63,519 nt of DNA, filler included, from Nitrospinae bacterium RIFCSPLOWO2_12_FULL_45_22 (GCA_001803565.1; 3 parts of 3 records of this genome joined end to end with filler, not necessarily neighbours in it); one strand, 5' to 3'; shown: positions 47,860 to 59,869, counted from the first letter of the whole stretch. Program-made: numbers and translations. Notes: generated by a model from the sequence alone, not told the origin.

Positions 47860-48642
47860 CTATTTGCCTTTAAACACAGGCTTCTTTTTTTCCAGAAAGG
47901 CCCTTACGGCTTCCTGGTGGTCTTCTGTCTTAATACATTCGGATTGGACATAGGCTTCATATTGGAGGGCATTGGCTAAATCCATCTGCCATACTTTATG
48001 CAGGAAGGTCTTCATCATACCGATGGCCCGGGTAGCGGATTGAGCTAGCTGAGCAGCCAGGTTCATTACGGTCTCTTCCAATTGGTCAGCCGGAACCACT
48101 TGATTTATCAACCCTATCTGTTCCGCTTCGCGGGCACTGATTATTTTACCAGTAAACAGGAGTTCTTTTGCCTTAGCCAGCCCGATTAACCGGGGCAAGA
48201 AATATGCCCCGCCCCAATCAGGTCCCAGGCCTAGCCGGACAAAAACTTCCCCAAAACGGGCCGCTTCGGCTGCTATAACCAGGTCACAGGCCAGGGCCAA
48301 GTTGCAGCCCGCCCCTACAGCATCACCATTGACCATGGCAATTACCGGCTTTTCCAGCATTGTTACAGCGCTGACAGCCCGGTGGGCGAGGGTCATTATC
48401 AACTTCCTCCGCCCTTCATCCTTCAAATCACCCCACCCTTTGATATCGCCCCCCGCACTAAAGGCTTTACCCGCACCAGTCAGCACAACCACCCTCACTG
48501 CCTCATCATTAACAAAACTCTCAAATAGTGTCCCTATCCCTTCCCGCATCTCTATACTAAAGGCATTCAGTACCTCAGGCCGATTAAGAGTAACTTTGGC
48601 TATCCCGTCCCGCTTTTCTACCAAAATATCCTTCAGCTCCAT
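47860..48642 (-). CDS. Enoyl-CoA hydratase/isomerase family protein
   Basis: LNRPEVLNA, AFSAGGD, AVGAG.NLALACD, PDWGG. Confidence 0.93.
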   Translation of the reverse strand: MELKDILVEKRDGIAKVTLNRPEVLNAFSIEMREGIGTLFESFVNDEAVRVVVLTGAGKAFSAGGDIKGWGDLKDEGRRKLIMTLAHRAVSAVTMLEKPVIAMVNGDAVGAGCNLALACDLVIAAEAARFGEVFVRLGLGPDWGGAYFLPRLIGLAKAKELLFTGKIISAREAEQIGLINQVVPADQLEETVMNLAAQLAQSATRAIGMMKTFLHKVWQMDLANALQYEAYVQSECIKTEDHQEAVRAFLEKKKPVFKGK

Positions 48643-48891
48643 AACACTTCCCCCTTACAATTTATTTTTCTCTTAGCATATTTCATTCCTTTTGTTCCGT
48701 CAATATCCAAAAACAATCCTGCCCTGGTAACAGTTTACAGGGCTCAGGGATCAGTTGTCAGACAGGCTTTTCCTCAAAAACATCTCCGGGGCTATGAATC
48801 GTTTGCCCAATCTCCAAATAACGATCACCATTTTAGCCATCCTTCAAAAGTAGTTAACAGTTTGACAAAAGGAAAATAGTTTTTTAACCCT

Positions 48892-48991
48892 NNNNNNNNN
48901 NNNNNNNNNNNNNNNNNNNNNNNNNNNNNNNNNNNTTAATTAATTAANNNNNNNNNNNNNNNNNNNNNNNNNNNNNNNNNNNNNNNNNNNN
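48892..48991. other. Artificial contig linker
   Basis: N-run + TTAATTAATTAA + N-run. Confidence 0.95.
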
Positions 48992-51900
48992 TAGCATGGC
49001 TCCAGCAATAGTTCCGGGCATACAGGTGAAGGGCATAACCAGGATGAGACCGCTGGCACCCTGGTAGATAAAATCCATGGCCCGGCCCAGACTCAGGACC
49101 GCCTCGGTGCCGCAGCTATGGTGGAGGTACTTATCAGAATATTTTAGAATTAATTCTATTTCTGGCTCTTCTATATGAGTTGAGTAGCTTTTAAATAGGC
49201 CAGAAATCTTCTTCTCGTCCCGCTTCTGGAAATATCGCTTAAGGTATGCCCGCAAAAATCCTTTATAGTCACCCCTCTCCCAGCTATCACGCTCCAGCCA
49301 ATGGCTGACAAACATTATCCACTCCTGGGTAGTAGCCTGCCATACCTCCCCACCTAGCTCTTCGATCCTGGCTATGAGATAATTATTGCTGAAGGGATGG
49401 GAGCGAAGATAAATTTCACCTACAATGCCAATGATAGGTTTTTTCTTGCCCCGGTCTAAAGGAATCTGGCCATATATGGGCAATATCTCTTCCAGCGTGG
49501 CGGAGAGCCGATGTTCTATTACCCCCTGGGCAAGGGTTTTTAACCCATCTCTATAAACTTGATTTAGATGCTCCTTATCTAAGGCATAAGGCCGGTAAGC
49601 GTGGTATAGTTTCTCAAGAGACTCAAAGGCCACGATGGCTTGCCAGGCCGTGCGAGAAAAGCCGGGGGGGAATTTGGCCAGCTCATTATAGTACCCGTTA
49701 GCACTGCCCTGGTTAGGGCTGATAAAGGGGATATTGCCATAGCCTAGTTGCTGGAAGATCTGCTTATGGCGGTGGAAATAGAGTCCAAAACGGCATGGCC
49801 CATCGGATGTAGGCATGAAAAATGCACTTGTCTCGGGATCGAAGCTGCCTTCCTGGAGCTTCTTCAAGAAATCACCCAGGGTAATAATAAAAGGGAGACA
49901 TTCTTTACCGATAGCATGTTTTTTCCCTAACTCCAGGGATTCATCGTCTGAGACCGGCAATACCTGAGCATCTATGCCATGGGCCTTAAAGGCCGCTTCT
50001 AAGGCATAAGAGCCATCGCCCATATAGGGTATGAAGATGGTCTGCGGAAAAGGGGCAGACTTTAATTGTCGGGGATCAGTTGTCAGGGATCGGGGGTCGG
50101 GGGTGGGGGATCGGGGATCAGAGAAGAGTCTTACCTCTAATATCTCATCTTTGACCTCTGCCCCCTGACTTCTGACCCCTGGCCCCTGATCCCTGATCCC
50201 TGATCCCCGCTTATTCCATCCTGCTTTGCTCCAGAGCTGCTCAATGCTGTCCAGGAAAGCCTCACAGCGGGTTATTAAGCCAGCATCAGCGCTGTGTTCA
50301 TCTAACTCGATTAGCAACAAGGGATAATCGGGTAGTTCCTTTTTGAAAAACCCTATCAGGAAAGAGTCAGGTCCGCACCCAAAGTTAGTAAGATAGAGGG
50401 GATACAGGGCTTTACCCATCTCTTTCCATTGACGGATGTGTTGAGCCGCCTGGATAATCCGTTGGCCATAACGCCAATACATATTGAGATCAGTAGCTTC
50501 TGACGGGCTAAAGCCCGGGGGTTCCTGGGCCAGGAGATAATCTAGTGGAATAGCTAGAATACCCATATTTTTTAGCTTGTTTACTATACCCAGGTTTATC
50601 CCAGGGTCACAGCCGTTATAAGGACGGCTTATTATGACAAGGGCCTTATCTGCAGACTGGAGGTCAGCCAGGGCTTTCTGTCCGCGCTCCCTTACGGCAT
50701 CATAGAAGGCTTGCTGGGCGCTTAATGCGGCATCAATAGCCTTTTTAATCTCTCCCGTGGAGCGGTTAAGTTCCTTGCCCATTTCTATTAAGGCCCCTTG
50801 CCAGTGCTTCGCTCCCCACTGAAAATTTAATCTGGGCGACAGGAGCTTTCCTTTGCCGGTAAAGTCCTGGTTTTTGATGAAAGAGTCCACCATATAGGGT
50901 AATGCCGGTATATACGGACAGGTCTGGTTCTTTTTCGGGCAGTGAATATCACCAAAATCAGGGTAATGGAGGAGGCTGGGGAGGAAGATAAAATCCAGGT
51001 CTTGCTTCAGTAGATGGATAATATGGCCGAAGGCTACTTTTACAGGGAAACAGGTCTCAGCCAGGGAATATTCGGTAGCAAAGTTTATGCTCTTCTGGTT
51101 TGTGGTAGGGGATAGAACTGTTTCGCAACGCAGATAGGAGAAAAAAGCCAGCCAAAAGGGCAGGAACTCATGGAAATGCAATATGCGGGGTATACCAATT
51201 TTTAGAGAGTTTTCTCTCCCCGGTACTAAGCCCATAGGGGGTGAGACAAAGTTAGAGAGGAGTAAACTTTCTCTTTCCTGGAACAAATTAGGCAATGACT
51301 GACCCAGCTTCTTCTCATCTCCTACTTCATAACGTTCGCAGCGGGCACCATAGAAGAGGGGCTTCTCCTGGCCAAACTGTATTTTGTTTATTTCGCATTG
51401 GTTTTCACAGGCTGAGCAATGGAAATTCTCTACCTGATAGGGCCGCTGGCTCAGGTCAAACCCTTTAAACCGTGAAGCTCCTCCGGGGCCCATTTCTTTG
51501 GCCAGGATAGCCATCCCAATAGCCCCGGTAACATCATGATGGGGCGGGACGATAACCTCCTGGCCTAATACTTTGCTAAAGGCCGCTACTACTCCCTGGT
51601 TAGAGGCAACCCCTCCCTGGAAAAAGACCTTTTCACCTATTCTCCGCTCCCCTACTACCCGGTGCAAATAATTATAGACAATGGAATAACTCAGACCCGC
51701 TACCAGCCCTTGAAAGTCTGCCCCTTTGCACTGATTAGCCACCAGATCGGATTCCATAAAGACCGTACAGCGATCACCCAGGCGGCAGGGGCTCTCGGCC
51801 ATGAGGGCCAGGTTACCAAACTGATCTACGATATCTATCCCTAATCTCTCTGCTTGTTCCTCTAAGAATGAGCCTGTGCCGGCTGCACAGACCTTATTCA

Positions 51901-53260
51901 TCTCAAAATCCACTATTATGCCTCTATCCAGGCTAATATATTTAGAGTCCTGACCACCGATCTCAAAGATAGTATCTACGCCGGGATCAATATGGATAGC
52001 TGCGGTGGCCTGGGCTGTGATCTCATTCTTTATCAGGTCTGCCCCTACAAACTGGGCCGTGAGGTACCTGCCAGATCCGGTAGTGCCTGCGCCGAGCACC
52101 TTCACCTGAGGGCCAAGCTCCTCGCCTATCTCTTTAAGCCCTTGTTTAACCGCTTCTAATGGTTTACCGGCAGTCTTCAAATAGCGCCGGGCCAATACCT
52201 GACCATCTTCATCTATAGCTACCACATTAGTGCTTAACGACCCTACATCTATCCCTACATATACCCCTTTTTGTACAGTTGGTTCTGGGAGGATATTGCG
52301 GATGGTGGTGGTTCTCTTTTCCGAATAACCGCTTCCTGAAAGGGAGTGGAGGGTCTTTATCTCTGGTTTTTGTTGGGCCATAATGCCTCTTAGCGAATCC
52401 AGAGCCAATATAGCGGGGTCAATCCTCTCGCCTTGCTCCATACTTATCAGTGCCGCACCAACCGCCCCTATGGTAGCATAATGTTTGGGAATTATGAATT
52501 CTCCCTGGCTTAGCTCAAGGGTATCTTCAAATGCCCTGACCATCCCGGCATTAGCTGCTACTCCCCCCAGGAAGGCGATAGGTTTCTGGAACTTTTTCCC
52601 TTTACCTAGAGTGCTTTTAAAATTCCTGGCTACGGCATAACATAAACCTGAGACAATATCGGCAGTGGTGGTACCGATTTGCTGGAGGTGTATCATATCT
52701 GACTTGGCAAAGACCGAACAACGTCCTGCAATACGGGGCGGGTTGGTACATTTCAGGGCTTCAGCACCAAATTCACCTTCGATATCGAGCCCGAGCCGGA
52801 GGGCTTGTTGGTCTAAAAAAGAGCCAGTACCTGCGGCACAAATAGTATTCATAGAGAAGTCTTTAATTATAATATGCCCTGAAAGGTCATCCTGTTCCAG
52901 AAAGATCAGCTTGGAGTCTTCCCCCCCCATTTCAATGACCGAACGTACCTCTGGATGGAACAATTCTATGCCCCGTGTCTGGGCAATGACCTCATTAATT
53001 AAATCCTTCCCTAATAGGTCTGCCAGCCGCTGTCCCCCGGAGCCGGTAATTCCAATATTGATAATCTGGGCAGGTAATAACGGCTGACTCTGACTAAAAA
53101 TTTCCTCCAGACATTCATAGAATATTTCCATCGGCTGTCCCCTAAACCGCCGGTAACACTCGATCACTACCTGCTTATCCTGATCCAGGGCGATTATCTT
53201 TATGCTAATAGAGCCTATATCAATCCCGAGAAACAATGGGAGCTTCTCTTCTCTTTTCAC
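48992..53260 (-). CDS. CoA-substrate-specific enzyme activase (two ASKHA ATPase domains + DUF2229-like domains), 3' truncated
   Basis: GIDIGS/GIDVGS, GGEDSK/GGQDSK, CAAGTGSFL twice, CFPVK, FGCGPD, DEH, ECLP, PFTCMP. Confidence 0.92.
50066..50208. repeat. Heptamer-repeat palindrome inserted in frame in the activase
   Basis: (GGGATCR)n ... (CCCTGAT)n arms; encodes GSGIRDQGPGVRSQG...SDPRSPTPDPRSLTTDPRQ. Confidence 0.85.
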
Positions 53261-53389
53261 GTTTGATCAACCCCCCTTATTTGTATTTTTCCTGTCTTCT
53301 TAGCCACCAGAGTTCAAAGGCAATGGTAATAATAACCGTCATCTCGCTTATTTTAGGACACCTATTATATTTTTGACCACGATATAGAC

Positions 53390-53457
53390 AATGCAAAATG
53401 CAAAATTAGCAATTAACAACGAGGAATTAATTTTGAAATGCTAATTGCTAATTTTCT
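53390..53457. repeat. AT-rich heptamer palindrome
   Basis: AATGCAAAATGCAAAATTAGCAATTA...TGCTAATTGCTAATTTT. Confidence 0.65.
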
Positions 53458-53526
53458 ATGAGCGAAAATAACGGCTGGGACGCCAGAAAGCCATCCTATT
53501 AAAGGTATTACGACTTTTTTTATTTT

Positions 53527-54168
53527 GTGATCAAGCATGCGCATTATCAAATGAACTCAATTTTTATGAATTTTGACATAAAATACTGGGAATTCCAAAC
53601 AAAAAAGTTGCTTTCTCCCCCCCTCTCTTACCCACAAGGGTTGTCCCTACTGAATTTTTTTCAGATTTTCCAATCAGTTTGGTATATCTATGAACTAGCG
53701 CCCATCCCTTACCCCACCCCATTGGTCCTATCCACCGCCCTTGATAACCTTGGATGGAAAGCAGGAGGGAGCAGTTTTGCAAACGATGCCTTTTATGCTA
53801 TTGATAACGTTTTAAAGACCCGTTGGTCTACCCAGGTACCACAAAGACCTGGGGGTTGGTTCCTGGTAGATTTAGGTAAAAAGCACCAGATTAATGGCTT
53901 AAGAATACATCTAGGAAGATATGTGGCTGACTATCCCCGGGGTTATAAGCTAGAGGTATCAGTCGATAAACATACCTGGAGATTAATAAAGGAAGAAAAG
54001 GCTGCGCTGCCGTCCTTACTCTCTTTTGCTTTGAATAATAAAGACCCTTTGTTTGAACTCTACTTCCCTGCTCAAGAAGCCCGTTACTTGAAGATTACCC
54101 AGACCGGTTCAGATCCCGTTCACTTTTGGTCTATCCCTGAGATAGAAATACTAACTCCTATTCGCTAA
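53527..54168 (+). pseudogene. Discoidin (F5/8 type C) domain protein, probably 5'-truncated
   Basis: AIDN..TRWST, WFLVDLG, DYPRGYKLEVS.D..W, ARYLKI, WSIPEI; no clear RBS/start. Confidence 0.6.
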
Positions 54169-54218
54169 AAGATGGCCTCATCCTATCCCTCTTGGATACT
54201 TATTTATGCCGCCTTTTC

Positions 54219-55886
54219 CTATTGCGCTGAAGAATAGGTGAAGGTTTCTATATTTTTGCTGATTTCCTCTCCTGTAATAGAATTTAGTAAGCGTGCCCCA
54301 ACCTTATAGGTGCCAAGGGGGAAATCCCCGGTAAAGGGTATACTTATAAATTCTTTCAAGGAATAATCCATACAACCAGTCAAATTAACACCTGCAGAAC
54401 TGATATAAGATATCAGACCTAAGCTTGGAACTTCAAACCAGATCTTGATATCAACATTCCTGGGAGTAGAGGTATTGGTAATATGCAGGTCGATATTGAG
54501 GGTATCCCCTGGCTTCAAGGTTGTTTTATTCAAAGTCAGGTTTAAAGAGGTTGATCCAGGACAACCGGGTGTTTAAGTTATATTGGCCTCAGCATCGACC
54601 ACTATTAAATTAGTCTTTGCTATACCCCCCAAAAATCCTGCTCCACCATCCTGAACACACCACTGCCCTTTAATCATATGGGTACCTGCTGATAGGCGCT
54701 GAACAGTAACAATCGTTATTGGGAGCGATTGCGTCCCCGCAGAAGTATTAGTGTAGACCCCATCTGCCACTACCTTCCCATCAATATCAATTGCAAACCT
54801 TACCCCTACACTACCAACACTGTTCCAGGTATCTGGGGCATTCAGGATAATAAGATAGTCTTTCTCTTGATCTGGGTTTACCTCAATGGAAGAAAGATCG
54901 TTGATGTCTTCATAAGATGGATATTGGGAATCCGTATAATTGACTGCCCCGCTCCGCGAGCTCATATAAGACTTTGCCCCAGCCGGTATTTCTATAACAG
55001 ATAGGGTCGTGTCAGATATTCCCCCCAAATATCCCGCTCCACCATCCTGAGTGCACCACTGTCCTTTAATTACATGGGTACCTGCTGATAGGCGTTGCAA
55101 AGTAACGATCGTTATAGGTATTTCTTGTTGCCCCGCAGAGGTATTAGTGTAGACCCCATCTGCTACTATCTGCCCATCAATATTGATGGCAAATCTAACC
55201 CCTGCAGTTGCATTACTGTTCCATGAATCCGGGGCATTTAAGATTATAAGATAATCCTTCTCTTGATCCGGGCTGACCTGAATGGGAGAAAGATCGCTGA
55301 TATCTCCATAAGAAGTGTAGAAGGAATCTGTATAATTAAGCTCACCGCTCCGCGAGCTCATATAAGACTTTGCCCCAGCCGGTATTTCTACAACAGATAG
55401 GATAGTATCAGATACCTCACCTAAATATCCTACACCACCATCCTGAACACACCATTGCCCTTTAATTACATGGGTACCTGCTGATAGGCCTTGCAAAGTA
55501 ACGATCGTTATGGGGATTCCCTGCTGTCCCGCAGAGGTATTAGTGTAGACCCCATCTGCTACTATCTGCCCATCAATATTGATGGCAAATCTAACCCCTG
55601 CGGTTGCATTACTGTTCCAGGTATCCGGGGCATTTAAGACTATGAGATAGCCTTTTTCTTGGTCAGGGTTTACCTGAATAGAGGATAAATCGCTTATGTC
55701 CTCATAGGAAGGATAGATAGAAGTCGTGGAAATCAGGGCACCACTTCTGGATTTGTAATAGAACTTAAACCCCTCTGCATAACTATTTTTTATAAAGTTT
55801 GGTAAAATTAATGTAACAAGAAGTAATGCCACAAGACCATAAAGGCCTTTTCTGCAACCAGTAGATAGTTTTAATTGTGTGGTCAT
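54219..55886 (-). pseudogene. Secreted protein with three 132-aa repeats and C-terminal Ig-like domain, interrupted by in-frame TAA at 54573-54575
   Basis: ORFs 54573..55964 and 54219..54533 are in frame with a stop-free linker TPGCPGSTSLNLT; signal peptide; GAGGAGG RBS before ATG 55886. Confidence 0.7.
54590..55770 (-). repeat. Three 396-bp coding tandem repeats (ends approximate)
   Basis: GTATTAGTGTAGACCCCATCTGC recurs at 54745, 55141 and 55537. Confidence 0.9.
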
Positions 55887-55897
55887 AATACCTCCTC

Positions 55898-58800
55898 TTA
55901 ATTTGTATCCATGCCCTTTTCTAGGGCCATTGAGGCGCCAATAGCTGCCCATCCCGTTACCCAACTCATGTATCCAGTATCCGGGTCTATAGGTGATATG
56001 TTCCCTTTATCCCATAGGGAATCTGTAGCCCAAAAACTTTCAACCCCTAAACCTTCAGGTAATATATCGCCATCAAAACGTCCGAATTGTTGCACAGTAT
56101 ACTCGGTCAAATCCAGGGCCCTTTCTAGATAGTATTTATCTTTAGTAATAGAATAGAGGTTGGAATAATCCTCAATATTAAAGACCCCATAACTAACGGA
56201 ATGGACATTGGCTGGACTAGCCGCTTCCGAACCTAACCCTGACCATCCCTGTATATATAACTCACTACCTGCAGCTACGGGCCATTGATGGGCAAACTGG
56301 AAAGATAGACGCCAATCAGCGGATTCCATAGCATAGGTAAGATACTCTTGATTCTGGGTCTCTAAATAAAGCTCTAAAAAGCCATGGAGATACCACATGG
56401 GTACTTCACTATTAACTAAAGCCTCAATGTCACCTGGCCCGCCGTATAAGAAGCCCTTACGGAGCCAACCAGCATAATAGTGCGCTGCCTCCTCAGCAGA
56501 AGAGAGATACCTTTTGTCTCCCGTTAAACGATAGGTTTCTACCAGACCGGCCATAACCCCAGCTTCAATATTGGTACTATCATAATCATCTTCATACTCC
56601 CCCATGGCCTCGCTCTTGTGAGGGTATGACCCATCTGCTCGCTGATGGTCCACCCAGGCATCAGAACAACGCACAATTGCTTCGTACCAGTTAATATGTT
56701 CCTTACCCCTCTTAAATTCTTCTTTATAGGCTTTTTGTAGGGCATACAATGCGGTCATAATGACATAGCCGGGTTCTCCTGAAGCGCTATGCCAGCCTTT
56801 ATTATATCCCAGGTAGGGAAATTCAGGCCCATTGTTAAAGGCCCAGGCAATATTATCCAATACAGCCAGGCCTGTATTATACCATAGAGTATTATCCAGC
56901 AGCTTCCCTGCTAGCATTGAGGCCAGGGCAACATGAGCACCACCAGTAAAACCAAGAGGTGTCCATTGGGCTTTAGGCCCTGTGCCATAAGAAAATATAT
57001 TATCTCTTGGCTTGTAAAAATTGTTATATAGGCTTCGGGCAATTTTTGTAACCCCTTCTTTCAGGGTCATCTTATAGGGATTTCCCCTATAACCTGCTAT
57101 TAAGCCGTAGAGGGCCTGGGCATATCTGCCCCAGGCATTTAGGTTAGTAGTAATTCTACCACTATAGACGATATTCCACCGAAGAGATTCTCCAGGTTGA
57201 GAAACATAGGTGTCATATCGAGGTTGCCTGGCAAAACTACTATATCCGGTGGGGATCCAGGGTTCATATGTAGTAGGAGTTTGGATGGTAAGCCTTACCT
57301 TTTCCCCTTCATATGCATAAAATCCTACACTATTCTCTCCCAATGGAGAAGTCGGATAGGCCCCCACAAAGGCCAATAAGTTATGGTCTCCATCAATGGC
57401 GGCAACAAAAGGAAGCGGGAGCCGTGACGATGGAAATACCCAATGGTTAGCATGCCCGCCAGTGTTAAATTTGTCTTTTTCATCTCCTACTGGATAATCA
57501 CTAGGACCCCATTTTGGTCCGCCACCATGGAAATGGTCAGGGTGGTAATTGGTCTTATAGAACTGTCCGGGAATAACGATAGTATTGTTAGAATCCCACG
57601 TTGGGTGGCCTATATCTGTTGAGACGAGATTAACAAAACGGATACTGGAGGATGAATCACCAATATGGAAATAAGCTCTTACTTCTTCGAAGATAATAGT
57701 ACCATCTATCATCCTGGGGAAGAACTGACTTTCTACCCTCCAATACTGCCCGTTTGGCCCGGATAGAACTCCTTCCATTTTTAGGGTATGTCCATCAAAA
57801 CTTGCTGTAGCGGCAGGGGAACTTGAAGAGATACGGGTTCCATTTTCTATTTGATACATAGGGTCCACTTCTAATATTTTCCTCATCCTATAGCCATCAT
57901 TAATATATAACCCATAGTGAAAACCATTTTCATTCTGCAAAGCCACGGAGGTATAGTTATCCACCCATAATATCAGATCCTGGTATCCATTGTTATCAAT
58001 ATCCCATTGGTCCCTCTGGATAAACAAGTCGGGCCGGGCCTCTTCTCTTTCCATTTCTAGGCTATAATTATGGGATGTTGAAAAATAGTCCTTATAGCTC
58101 CGGGCCAGATCTAAGTTATAGGCCCCGGAATATGGGGTGGGTATCAGATAAATTGTCCCAGAAACTGTCTGGTTGGGAGATAATGAGCTGTATCCTATCC
58201 CTGAGGCGCCATATTCTCCGGTAGTATCATAATGTTCAAAGTTATCAAATCCTACGTTTGTGTTAAACCCCAGTATGACATAGCCCGATTGAGAAGATAA
58301 CATATAGCCATCAAAGGGGAGTGATGACGCTAAACTCAATGAATCACCCCCAATTCCGTCCACCGCATCTACCATTTCGTTCGGGGTTATAACATAGCCG
58401 GAGGAGGAGGCATGCCAGACCCGCAAGGGTATAACCTTTGATATTTCGGTTCCGACCGTTATTTGATAATCCATAGTAAAAAAAGATGGATAAAAAGTAT
58501 AAATTTTATCTATTTGGATATTAGAGGAGGTGGTTTTTGATAGATATAAAGATACATAAGGAGGAACATCTTCTATGACGCTAATTGATGGTTTGGTCAA
58601 TAGGCTTCCATGCCACCCTTCTTTTTTATTATAAGTATCGGTAAATGCGCCATAGTCCAGACTCAGGATCTCAATACCCACATTCTTATATTTCATGCTT
58701 CGAATAACTCCATAATCATCGAATTGCAACTGATAAAAAGGGGTTTTTATCACCCTTGTACCCTCATCCCAAGATACCAGATCAGTTGAATACCCCCCCT

Positions 58801-59623
58801 TTATTCCCCCATAATAGATGTCTATCTCGGCTAAGAAATCGCGATCAAAGGTATTGCTGGTGGGAACTATTAAAGTGGCACTCATGATAGAGCCGTCTTC
58901 ATAGGCGCTATATTCGTCAATCTCAAATGGTATGGGGTGTTTGGCAGCAACAATTATCTCATCGGCTGAACCAATATGGCCCCTGGGGAAGAAGAGCTTG
59001 ATCTCGTAAAACCATTTCTGGGGATTACCGGTAATTGTCACGTGCTGGCGGTATTTCGAGGCTAGGTCATACCAATTGTTAGAAGAACCCGTTCCATACT
59101 GAGCAAAGGAAAACTTTGCTAAGCCCACATCACCCACCAATTGAATGGCACCTACCTGCACAGAGCCCGGTTCAGCAAAGAAAGCAAAGGCAATATAATC
59201 GCCTGATGGAATAACAGGTAACCTTAACTCATAGATGACCTGGTTTAATAAACTAAAATTTTCTTTTAGCTCCAAAGCAGATATTGTAGGGATAAAGGAG
59301 GAAGGAGCGGTAATATTGGCAGGGATTAGTGCGAGAGAGGGATTGAAAAAGTACAGGCTTTCATCAGGCAATTTAAAACCTAGAAAGAGGTCTATTTGTC
59401 TTTTATCACCCGGGTTAGTTATGCTTAAAGAGAGCGTTAAAATGTCTCCTACAGTATAATAGGATTGGTTGGTAGAAATTTTGATGGTCGGGGCTAAACT
59501 AGAATTATTTGCAATATCTTTAATAATAGGGATAGAGGGGTGAAAACCCGCAGAAATTCCTTCATTCCGAGAAAAGATAATGAAGATACTAAAGACCCAT
59601 ATCGAGATTATACGCTTTATCAC
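55898..59623 (-). CDS. Large secreted protein with C-terminal six-hairpin (alpha/alpha)6 glycosidase-like domain
   Basis: Signal peptide; beta-rich middle; LVETYRLTGDKRYLSSAEEA, LELYLETQNQEYL, LYSITKDKYYLERA helical-hairpin repeats. Confidence 0.65.
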   Translation of the reverse strand: MIKRIISIWVFSIFIIFSRNEGISAGFHPSIPIIKDIANNSSLAPTIKISTNQSYYTVGDILTLSLSITNPGDKRQIDLFLGFKLPDESLYFFNPSLALIPANITAPSSFIPTISALELKENFSLLNQVIYELRLPVIPSGDYIAFAFFAEPGSVQVGAIQLVGDVGLAKFSFAQYGTGSSNNWYDLASKYRQHVTITGNPQKWFYEIKLFFPRGHIGSADEIIVAAKHPIPFEIDEYSAYEDGSIMSATLIVPTSNTFDRDFLAEIDIYYGGIKGGYSTDLVSWDEGTRVIKTPFYQLQFDDYGVIRSMKYKNVGIEILSLDYGAFTDTYNKKEGWHGSLLTKPSISVIEDVPPYVSLYLSKTTSSNIQIDKIYTFYPSFFTMDYQITVGTEISKVIPLRVWHASSSGYVITPNEMVDAVDGIGGDSLSLASSLPFDGYMLSSQSGYVILGFNTNVGFDNFEHYDTTGEYGASGIGYSSLSPNQTVSGTIYLIPTPYSGAYNLDLARSYKDYFSTSHNYSLEMEREEARPDLFIQRDQWDIDNNGYQDLILWVDNYTSVALQNENGFHYGLYINDGYRMRKILEVDPMYQIENGTRISSSSPAATASFDGHTLKMEGVLSGPNGQYWRVESQFFPRMIDGTIIFEEVRAYFHIGDSSSSIRFVNLVSTDIGHPTWDSNNTIVIPGQFYKTNYHPDHFHGGGPKWGPSDYPVGDEKDKFNTGGHANHWVFPSSRLPLPFVAAIDGDHNLLAFVGAYPTSPLGENSVGFYAYEGEKVRLTIQTPTTYEPWIPTGYSSFARQPRYDTYVSQPGESLRWNIVYSGRITTNLNAWGRYAQALYGLIAGYRGNPYKMTLKEGVTKIARSLYNNFYKPRDNIFSYGTGPKAQWTPLGFTGGAHVALASMLAGKLLDNTLWYNTGLAVLDNIAWAFNNGPEFPYLGYNKGWHSASGEPGYVIMTALYALQKAYKEEFKRGKEHINWYEAIVRCSDAWVDHQRADGSYPHKSEAMGEYEDDYDSTNIEAGVMAGLVETYRLTGDKRYLSSAEEAAHYYAGWLRKGFLYGGPGDIEALVNSEVPMWYLHGFLELYLETQNQEYLTYAMESADWRLSFQFAHQWPVAAGSELYIQGWSGLGSEAASPANVHSVSYGVFNIEDYSNLYSITKDKYYLERALDLTEYTVQQFGRFDGDILPEGLGVESFWATDSLWDKGNISPIDPDTGYMSWVTGWAAIGASMALEKGMDTN

Positions 59624-59776
59624 TCCAGCTTCCTAGTTCTCTGCTGACCTCACCTACCCTAAAATTCCTCTGTGGCAAGTATTCTTCCTGCTGAACGCTT
59701 AAAACCGATTTTAATCGATAATCTCTTAACTTGACATTGTCACATTATCTGAATCCATTGATACTACTACTTTAAT

Positions 59777-59832
59777 TGTAGGCACGAGTTTTATTCGTGC
59801 TATTCAGGGGCACGGATTTATCCGTGCCTACA
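59777..59832. repeat. REP-like doublet
   Basis: GTAGGCACGAG..TTCGTGC and GGGCACGGATTTATCCGTGCCTACA; same family as 16668-16693. Confidence 0.7.
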
Positions 59833-59869
59833 AAAAAGAGGGAGTTTAAATGTGACAAAGTCAAGATAA

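Noticed and set aside
54590-55770. 396-bp repeats as DGR template/variable repeats or CRISPR
   Set aside because: In-frame domain repeats, differences not adenine-specific, no reverse transcriptase or cas genes; no CRISPR array seen anywhere in the window
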